Assembly: GCF_003945235.1 (NCBI RefSeq)
Contig: NZ_RSDW01000001.1
Coordinates: 1,440,001-1,472,000 of the forward strand
DNA length: 32,000 nt
Reading direction: 5' to 3'
Source: Edaphobacter aggregans
GTDB taxonomy: Bacteria; Acidobacteriota; Terriglobia; Terriglobales; Acidobacteriaceae
The position numbers and the translations under genes were made by a program. Below, piece by piece: positions 25,456-32,000 of this stretch. The notes under the pieces are model-generated. The model was not told where the DNA came from and searched no databases. It saw only the letters and a list, made by a program, of their open reading frames with translations. Position 1 is the stretch's first letter; each line of letters begins with the position of its first letter.

Positions 25456-27066
25456 ATGGGTTTTGATGAAAGAGTCGAGGTGCTTGCACCGGCAACGGAG
25501 CGGGCGGCGGAGGTGTTGACTCCAGAGGCGGTGGATTTTGTTGCGGGGTTGCAGCGGGCCTTCAATGCGAGGCGTAAAGAGTTGCTTGCGGCTCGAGTTG
25601 TGCGTCAGAAGCGGCTTGATGCTGGAGAGCGGCCAGATTTTTTGCCGGAGACGAAGACGATTCGTGAGAGCGAGTGGACGGTGGCTCCGCTGCCGGCTGA
25701 TCTGCTGGATCGCAGGGTCGAGATTACGGGGCCGGTCGATCGGAAGATGATCATTAACGCGCTGAATAGCAGCGCGAAGGTGTTTATGGCGGACTTCGAG
25801 GACTCTACGACGCCGACGTGGGAGAACGTGATCGATGGGCAGGCGAATCTGCGGGATGCCGTGCGGCGGACTATTACGTTTGAAGATAAAAGTAACGGTA
25901 AAAGTTACAAGTTGAATGAGAAGACCGCTGTGCTCTTTGTGCGGCCGCGTGGGTGGCATCTGGAAGAGAGGCATGTGCTGGTTGATGGCGAGCCGATGAG
26001 TGGGTCGCTGTTTGATTTCGGGCTGTATGCCTTTCACAATGCGAAGGAACTGCTGGCTCGCGGGTCGGGGGCTTACTTTTATTTGCCGAAGATGGAGAGC
26101 CATCTGGAGGCTCGGCTTTGGAACGATGTATTTGTGCAGGCGGAGAGTGCGCTGGGGATTCCGGCGGGATCGATCAAAGGCACGGTGCTGATCGAGACGA
26201 TTCTTGCTTCGTTTGAGATGGATGAGATTCTTTGGGAGTTGCGCGATCACTCGGCTGGGCTGAATTGCGGGCGGTGGGACTACATCTTCAGCTTCATCAA
26301 GAAGTTTGCGGCGAACAATGAGGTCGTGCTGCCGGATCGTGCACAGGTGACGATGACGACGCACTTCATGCGGAGTTATTCGAAGCTGGCGATCAAAACT
26401 TGTCATCGCCGCGGTGTTAGCGCCATGGGTGGGATGAGCGCGTTTATTCCGATCAAGAGCGATCCTGTAGCGAACGAGCGGGCGCTGACTCAGGTGAAAG
26501 CTGATAAGGAGCGTGAGGCTACGGACGGGCATGATGGGACGTGGGTGGCGCATCCGGGACTGGTGCCGGTAGCGTTGGAGGTCTTCAACCGCGTGATGCC
26601 GCAGCCGAATCAGATTGGCAAGCAACTAACGGAGTATCACGCGACTGCCGATGACTTGTTGCGGATCCCTGAGGGGACGATCTCGGAGGCGGGTGTGCGG
26701 CAGAATGTTGCTGTCGGGCTGGGTTATGTGGAGGCGTGGTTGCGCGGGATTGGGTGCGTGCCCTTGTTCAATCTGATGGAGGACGCAGCTACCGCGGAGA
26801 TCAGCCGAGCGCAACTTTGGCAGTGGGTGCATCATGGTGCGGTGATGGATGACGGGCTTCCTGTGACGGTGGATCTGGTGGAAGAGGAGATCTCTGACGA
26901 ACTGGATCGCGTGCGGCCGATTGTGGATGACAAGCGCTATGAGGCTTACGAGCGGGCTGCGGAGTTGATGCGGGAGCTGGTGCAGGCGCCGAAGTTTGCA
27001 GACTTTTTGACGGTGCCAGCTTATGAACGAGTGCTCGAAACTGAGAAGCAGCAGATAACAGCCTAG
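25456..27066 (+). CDS. aceB: Malate synthase A
   Basis: 536 aa. '[20 protein letters not shown]', 'FMADFEDS', '[10 protein letters not shown]' and '[20 protein letters not shown]' are hallmark malate synthase A segments. SD gaggtg lies upstream. Confidence 0.95.
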   Translation: MGFDERVEVLAPATERAAEVLTPEAVDFVAGLQRAFNARRKELLAARVVRQKRLDAGERPDFLPETKTIRESEWTVAPLPADLLDRRVEITGPVDRKMIINALNSSAKVFMADFEDSTTPTWENVIDGQANLRDAVRRTITFEDKSNGKSYKLNEKTAVLFVRPRGWHLEERHVLVDGEPMSGSLFDFGLYAFHNAKELLARGSGAYFYLPKMESHLEARLWNDVFVQAESALGIPAGSIKGTVLIETILASFEMDEILWELRDHSAGLNCGRWDYIFSFIKKFAANNEVVLPDRAQVTMTTHFMRSYSKLAIKTCHRRGVSAMGGMSAFIPIKSDPVANERALTQVKADKEREATDGHDGTWVAHPGLVPVALEVFNRVMPQPNQIGKQLTEYHATADDLLRIPEGTISEAGVRQNVAVGLGYVEAWLRGIGCVPLFNLMEDAATAEISRAQLWQWVHHGAVMDDGLPVTVDLVEEEISDELDRVRPIVDDKRYEAYERAAELMRELVQAPKFADFLTVPAYERVLETEKQQITA

Positions 27067-27260
27067 TTATAAGCTTCTTCAATAACACTGCATCCGGTAT
27101 GCCGTGCGGAGGCATACGAATAGGTAGTGGGTTGTTGGCAGGTAGCTGCACGTGACGACACTATGCAGTAAAAATGGGGCAAAAAATATTTGGGCATCCT
27201 TGCCGGTGGCGTGGAGAATCTGATGTGTACGGATATCTCCGTGTAGAGCGAGGTTCTGCC

Positions 27261-28181
27261 GTGGCGCGTCCCTATTGGTCTGGTCAGATTCAGATATCTC
27301 TTGTTTCGTTTGGCGTGAAGTTGTTTGTGGCTACGGAGGCGAAGAGTGAGATTCGCTTTCACCAGATAAGCCGAAAGTCGGGCGAGCGGGTGCGGCATCA
27401 GAAGGTGCTAGCCAGCGCTCTTGAGGATAATCCCGGTGAGGCCGCCAATCCTGTCGAGAAGGATGAGATCGTCAAAGGCTACGAGTATCGCAAGGGCGAG
27501 TACGTCTTGATCGAGCCGAAGGAGTTGGAGCAACTGCGCGTGCCTTCGAAGCACGCGATTGAGGTTTCGCAGTTTGTTGGGGTCGATGAGCTGAATCCTG
27601 AGTATCTGGAGAAGCCTTACTTCATTGTTCCTGAAGACGATGTTCAGGCTGAGGCGTTTGCGGTTGTTCGGAAGGCGCTGCAGAAGACGAAGAAGGCTGC
27701 GCTTGGAAAGATCGCCTTTGGTGGACGCGAACATGTCTTTGCCGTAACCGCAACGGACGACGACACGCTGGGCGGAATGATGGGCTACACGATGCGTTAT
27801 CAGGAGGAGCTGCGTGATCCGGCGGAGTACTTCAAAGACATCAAGAAGGTTGCGGTGAATGAGGACTCGCTCGATCTGGCGATGGAGCTGATCAAGCGCA
27901 AGGCGGCGAAGTTCGATCCGAGCAAGTTTAAGGATGGATATGAGGTTGCCGTGAAGGAGCTGGTTGACGCGAAGATTAAGAATGCTCCCATACCGAAGGA
28001 TGAGGAGGCTGCTCCGCGACGTGGTCAGGTGATCAACCTGATGGATGCGCTGCGCAAGAGTGTCGGTGAGGGCGAGGCGGTGGCTACGGGCAAGAAGAAG
28101 CCAGCGGCGTCGGTGAAGGGCGAGGGGAAGAAAGGCATTGCGCTGGTGAAGGCGGCGGCTGGGAAGCGGAAGTCGGCCTAA
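27261..28181 (+). CDS. ku: Non-homologous end joining protein Ku
   Basis: 'ARPYWSGQIQISLVSFGVKLF' is the typical bacterial Ku N-terminus, so GTG 27261 is preferred over ORF-track ATG 27174. 'KGYEYRKGEYV' and 'YLEKPYFIVP' are also present, with a Lys-rich C-terminal tail. Confidence 0.9.
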   Translation: MARPYWSGQIQISLVSFGVKLFVATEAKSEIRFHQISRKSGERVRHQKVLASALEDNPGEAANPVEKDEIVKGYEYRKGEYVLIEPKELEQLRVPSKHAIEVSQFVGVDELNPEYLEKPYFIVPEDDVQAEAFAVVRKALQKTKKAALGKIAFGGREHVFAVTATDDDTLGGMMGYTMRYQEELRDPAEYFKDIKKVAVNEDSLDLAMELIKRKAAKFDPSKFKDGYEVAVKELVDAKIKNAPIPKDEEAAPRRGQVINLMDALRKSVGEGEAVATGKKKPAASVKGEGKKGIALVKAAAGKRKSA

Positions 28182-28202
28182 CGAGTCTTCCAGGAGTTCG
28201 GG

Positions 28203-30941
28203 ATGGTACCGGTCAAGAAGGCTGCGAAGAAGGCTTCCGCTAAGAAGAGTACGTCTGCGGATACTGCGTCTAACGCTATCGACGAGCAGTTGGAGCGGTA
28301 TCGGTCGATGCGCGACTTCCGAGTGACGGCTGAGCCTAGTGGGGCGTCATCTGCGAAGAGTTCAAGCAAAACGAGGGGACTACCTTTCTGCATTCAGAAG
28401 CATGCGGCTTCGCATCTGCACTATGACTTCAGGCTAGGGTGGAACGGTGTTTTGAAGAGCTGGGCCATTGCGAAGGGTCCGAGCTACGTGACCGGAGACA
28501 AGAGGCTAGCTGTGCAGGTGGAAGATCACCCGATGGAGTATGGAGGGTTCGAGGGGATCATTCCTGCGGGGCAGTATGGGGGCGGCACCGTGATGCTGTG
28601 GGATCAAGGTACGTGGGAGCCGCAGCCAGGGTATACGGACATCGATGCTGGGCTGCGTGATGGAAGCCTGAAGTTCGTGATGCATGGGACGAAGATGAAA
28701 GGAAAGTGGGCTCTGATTCGCATGGGTGGCAAGTGGGCGAAGGAGAAGAAGCCTAACTGGCTGTTGATCAAGGAGCACGATGAGTTTGAAAGAGGGCCGA
28801 ATGAAACGCCAGTTACAGAGGCTGAGCCTGACTCGGTGGTGACGGGGCGCTCGATTGAGCAGATCGCCAAGAGCGAAGACCATGTTTGGAACTCGAAGGA
28901 CACGGCTGGCCAGGGAAACGCGTGGTTTCGGCAGGAGAGCAAAGGTGAAGTTGCGCGATTGAATTCTGCAAAGCTGGCTATATTGGAGACAAAGCTCAGG
29001 AAGCTTCCTGAGGAACGGCAGCCTGGATTTGTGTCGCCTCAACTGGCGCTGATGGCTGCGACTCCTCCGCTTGAAAAAGGGTGGCTGCATGAGTTGAAGC
29101 TTGATGGCTACAGAATGCAAGCTCGTAAGGATGGGAAAGGCGTGCAGATGCTGACACGGACTGGACTCGATTGGACTAATCGTGTGCGGTCGGTGGCCAA
29201 CGAGGTTGCGAAACTGGCGATCGACAAAGTTACGCTCGACGGCGAAGTGGTTGTGGTTGCGCCGAATGGGACGACGAACTTTGCCGATCTGCAGGCGTCG
29301 ATGCAGGAAGGGGGGAAGCATCTGCTGACTTATTTCTGCTTCGATCTGCTGCATGTGGATGGAAGAAATGTGCGCGATCTGCCGCTGCGGGAGCGGAAAG
29401 AATTACTGGGCGATGTGCTGAACGGTGCCGATGAAGATGTCGTTCGGGTGAGCGAGCATATCGAGACGGGTGGCGCTGAGTTGCTGCACAAGGCTTGCGA
29501 ACTGCAGGCTGAGGGCATCGTCTCGAAGCGGGCTTCGGGCAAGTATTCACCGGGGCGCAGCAGCGACTGGTTGAAGATGAAGTGTCTGCACGAGCAGGAG
29601 TTTGTCGTGGGCGGATATACGCTGCCATCGAATCAGATTCGTGGTGTCGGCGCACTGCTGTTGGGTTATTACAAGGATGGCCAGTTCGTCTACGCGGGGC
29701 GCACCGGAACGGGATTCACGCAGAAGACGCACAGGATATTGCGAGATAAGTTGGAGGAGTTGGAGCAGAAGACGGCCTCCTTTGCGCGTGTGCCTGCAGA
29801 TGCGAAGCGCGGAGTTATATGGGTCAAGCCGGAGATGGTTGTGCAGGTGCGTTTTGCAACGTGGACGGCGGATGATCAGGTACGGCAGGCGGCGTTCCTT
29901 GGAGTGCGTGAGGATAAGGCTGCGAAGGAGGTCGTGCGAGAGGACACTGAAATAGCTCTGAGGCCGAGGGGAGCGCGACGGAAGGAGGCTTCGCATTCTG
30001 TCCAACCTGTTGCAGTGGCGGCGAAGAAGGTGACTGCGGCCGATGTCGGGGAGCATGCTCCTGTTCGGCTGACGCATCCCGCAAAAGTGCTGGATGCTCA
30101 ATCAGGCATGACGAAGCAGATGCTGGCGGACTACTACTGGGCTGTGGCGGAGTGGATGCTGCCGCACATCGCGGACCGGCCTGTGAGTTTGGTGCGGTGT
30201 CCTGAGGGATCGGGGAGTCCATGTTTTTTTCAGAAGCATGTGAACCATATGTTGCCCAAAGGGATTGGGAGCGTTGATATTGCGGACAAGAATGGAAAGG
30301 TAGAGCCGTATATCACGCTGAATAATGCGGAGGCTCTGGCGGGGTTGGCGCAGATGGGTGTGCTCGAGGTGCATCCGTGGGGCTCGCGAAATGAGAGTCT
30401 TGAACAGCCCGACCGTCTGATCTTCGATCTCGATCCGGATGAAGCGCTGACGTGGAAGGTATTGGCGGGGGCTGCGACCGATGTGCGGGCACAGTTGAAG
30501 AAGATGGGGCTGGAGAGCTTTGTTAAAACCACGGGAGGCAAAGGACTGCACGTTGTTGTGCCGATCGAGCCGGAGTTGGAGTGGCCTGCGATCAAGGATT
30601 TCGCTCGTGGTGTTGTGGTTGATATGGAGAAAGCGAATCCTGGGCTTTATTTGACGAAGATGACGAAGGCGGCTCGGGTTGGCAAGATTTATCTGGATTA
30701 TCTGCGGAACGAGCGAGGAGCGACTTCGGTGGCGGCTTACTCTCCGCGCGCGCGGGCGGGAGCGCCGGTGTCGATGCCGCTTAGCTGGAGCGAGTTGAAG
30801 CTGGCGGAAAGGCCAGTGTTTCGTGTCGCCGAATTCAGTGAGTGGAAGGCACGGTTGAAGAAGGATCCCTGGAAAGGGATGAGTGGTGTGAAGCAGCACA
30901 TTACTGCAGCGGCGCTTGAGAGTGTCGGCCTGAAGAGCTAG
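28203..30941 (+). CDS. ligD: ATP-dependent DNA ligase LigD (3'-phosphoesterase + ligase + polymerase/primase domains)
   Basis: PE domain 'FCIQKHAASHLHYDFRL...KSWAIAKGPS'. Ligase adenylation motif 'ELKLDGYR'. Pol domain 'FFQKH', 'LIFDLDP', 'VKTTGGKGLHVVVP'. AGGAG SD lies 21 nt after the ku stop. Confidence 0.95.
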   Translation: MVPVKKAAKKASAKKSTSADTASNAIDEQLERYRSMRDFRVTAEPSGASSAKSSSKTRGLPFCIQKHAASHLHYDFRLGWNGVLKSWAIAKGPSYVTGDKRLAVQVEDHPMEYGGFEGIIPAGQYGGGTVMLWDQGTWEPQPGYTDIDAGLRDGSLKFVMHGTKMKGKWALIRMGGKWAKEKKPNWLLIKEHDEFERGPNETPVTEAEPDSVVTGRSIEQIAKSEDHVWNSKDTAGQGNAWFRQESKGEVARLNSAKLAILETKLRKLPEERQPGFVSPQLALMAATPPLEKGWLHELKLDGYRMQARKDGKGVQMLTRTGLDWTNRVRSVANEVAKLAIDKVTLDGEVVVVAPNGTTNFADLQASMQEGGKHLLTYFCFDLLHVDGRNVRDLPLRERKELLGDVLNGADEDVVRVSEHIETGGAELLHKACELQAEGIVSKRASGKYSPGRSSDWLKMKCLHEQEFVVGGYTLPSNQIRGVGALLLGYYKDGQFVYAGRTGTGFTQKTHRILRDKLEELEQKTASFARVPADAKRGVIWVKPEMVVQVRFATWTADDQVRQAAFLGVREDKAAKEVVREDTEIALRPRGARRKEASHSVQPVAVAAKKVTAADVGEHAPVRLTHPAKVLDAQSGMTKQMLADYYWAVAEWMLPHIADRPVSLVRCPEGSGSPCFFQKHVNHMLPKGIGSVDIADKNGKVEPYITLNNAEALAGLAQMGVLEVHPWGSRNESLEQPDRLIFDLDPDEALTWKVLAGAATDVRAQLKKMGLESFVKTTGGKGLHVVVPIEPELEWPAIKDFARGVVVDMEKANPGLYLTKMTKAARVGKIYLDYLRNERGATSVAAYSPRARAGAPVSMPLSWSELKLAERPVFRVAEFSEWKARLKKDPWKGMSGVKQHITAAALESVGLKS

Positions 30942-31818
30942 TTGCCGTTCCGACTTTCGCAGCGCTTAGGCGCATGACGAGGCATTTTGCTGCTCCACCG
31001 GCTTTGAGGAATTCGCTAAGCGAGACGGGGACTACATGGAAGCAGTGGTCTTCGAGTTGGTCCGTCAGTTCCCTGCTGATGTCGTTCAGGATGATTGTGC
31101 GGTCGATGTTTATGACGTTGCAGGCGAAGCGGGTAGCGTCTGGCTCGTTGATGATGATTCGTTTTGAGGGTGGGTAGAAGGCCTCAATCGTTGCGAGAGA
31201 TGAGGCGTCGAAGGCTTGTGGGTAATACATCGCGTAGTTGTTTTCTAGTGGTGCGAAACAGGTGTCAAGGTGGTAAAAACGTGGATCGATGAGGTGAAGT
31301 GGCACCACCTCGACGTTCCAGATTTTGCTGAGGTAGTGGTGGCTGGCCGCTGTGGTGCGGGGGCCGTGGCCTGCCCAGAGGCGGGTGCCGTCGGTGGAGA
31401 AGAGGGCGTCGCCTTCGCCTTCGAACGGGGTTTCGCGGGGGATGTCGAGGATGGTATAACCGGCGTCCTGGAACCAGTGGCGGAAGTGCTGCTCTTCGGC
31501 TTGGCGTTCAGCGTGGAAGAAGCTGCTGAGAGCTACGATTCCGTGGTGTTCGAGGCCAGCATTGGCGGTGAAGACCATGTCGGGGGAGCCGGGTTGGGGC
31601 TCGACTAGTTCGACGTCGGCTACTTCGGTGAGGGCTTCGTAGAGCCGATGCCACTGTTGTGCGGCGCGTTCGCGGGAAGAGCTATGGACGTTGCCGGCCA
31701 TCCACGGATTGATGACGTAGTTGACGTCGTAGAGACGGGGCGGGCACATGAGGTACGTGGGCCGGGATGCGGCGAGTGGTGCAAGGGGTGCGGCAAGTTC
31801 AATCGGCTGGGTGCTCAT
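30901..31818 (-). CDS. Amidinotransferase/DDAH-family (guanidino-group-modifying enzyme superfamily) protein
   Basis: 'YLMCPPRLYDVNYVINPWM', 'VFTANAG', 'FYHLDTCF' and C-terminal 'GGAAKCLV' (catalytic Cys context). ATG 31818 (MSTQPIE) with GGAGA upstream is preferred over the ORF-track start at 31866. Its 3' end overlaps ligD by 41 nt (convergent). Confidence 0.85.
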   Translation of the reverse strand: MSTQPIELAAPLAPLAASRPTYLMCPPRLYDVNYVINPWMAGNVHSSSRERAAQQWHRLYEALTEVADVELVEPQPGSPDMVFTANAGLEHHGIVALSSFFHAERQAEEQHFRHWFQDAGYTILDIPRETPFEGEGDALFSTDGTRLWAGHGPRTTAASHHYLSKIWNVEVVPLHLIDPRFYHLDTCFAPLENNYAMYYPQAFDASSLATIEAFYPPSKRIIINEPDATRFACNVINIDRTIILNDISRELTDQLEDHCFHVVPVSLSEFLKAGGAAKCLVMRLSAAKVGTATSSSGRHSQAPLQ

Positions 31819-31868
31819 GTGTGTCTCCATCATGAGCATCACAGTTGCGAAAACCCGCGTCAACACTA

Positions 31869-31898
31869 ATGATTATGCATGTCCTGATGCATAATCAT
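31869..31898. promoter_or_regulatory. Perfect 12+12 bp inverted repeat (candidate operator) upstream of the amidinotransferase-family gene
   Basis: atgattatgcat (31869-31880) / spacer gtcctg / atgcataatcat (31887-31898) is an exact reverse complement. The hexamer ATGCAT occurs three times between 31875 and 31901. Confidence 0.5.
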
Positions 31899-32000
31899 GC
31901 ATCCGAAAGACGGTGTCGCTGAGGATGAGTGTTAGACTTCGTGAGCGTTGCCGGGCCAGGATGCTCAATCGGATCGAGGAGGACGGGATGGTGGAATCTC

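Noticed and set aside
1-32000. Searched by eye for CRISPR repeats, tRNA/rRNA/tmRNA-like segments, IS inverted ends, integrase/transposase/toxin-antitoxin or known defence-gene motifs.
   Set aside because: None found. All sizeable ORFs are accounted for by metabolic, transport, housekeeping, signalling or repair families, so I cannot support a claim of a defence or mobile system in this window.

Overview
GC-rich bacterial chromosomal segment with about 31 supportable protein-coding genes. I saw no rRNA, tRNA, CRISPR array, transposase or integrase. Gene content (Tat-signal Gfo/Idh/MocA oxidoreductases, DUF1800, a propeller-sensor GGDEF protein, Ku+LigD) suggests a soil Acidobacteriota-like genome, but that is inference only.

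Layout, left to right:
- APC permease and MFS transporter, convergent.
- YceI-family protein.
- A minus-strand two-gene unit: PilZ followed by a LuxR-type response regulator whose receiver has Glu where the phospho-accepting Asp should be.
- The conserved rpsP-KH-rimM-trmD-rplS-rnhB cluster. It carries an unusually long, hairpin-bearing rpsP-KH spacer and an antisense 88-codon ORF with strong codon bias between rimM and trmD.
- PIG-L deacetylase.
- A 993-aa beta-propeller-sensor diguanylate cyclase.
- pdxH.
- A small Fet4-like 'low affinity iron permease' family protein.
- An operon of two Tat-signal Gfo/Idh/MocA oxidoreductases plus a membrane-anchored cupin.
- A minus-strand string msrQ-DUF1800-O-methyltransferase-YjbR, with msrP separated from msrQ by an opposite-strand yoaK/DUF1275 gene.
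- FAH-fold hydratase and malate synthase A.
- Ku and three-domain LigD (NHEJ).
- An amidinotransferase/DDAH-superfamily gene with a perfect 12+12 bp inverted repeat upstream.

I do not see a recognisable defence island or mobile element. The best candidates for something undescribed are the PilZ/atypical-regulator pair, a possible c-di-GMP-gated phosphorylation-independent switch, and the orphan small ORF inside the ribosomal-protein/tRNA-modification cluster. All functional calls come from motif and family recognition by eye on the supplied translations. None was verified by a database search.
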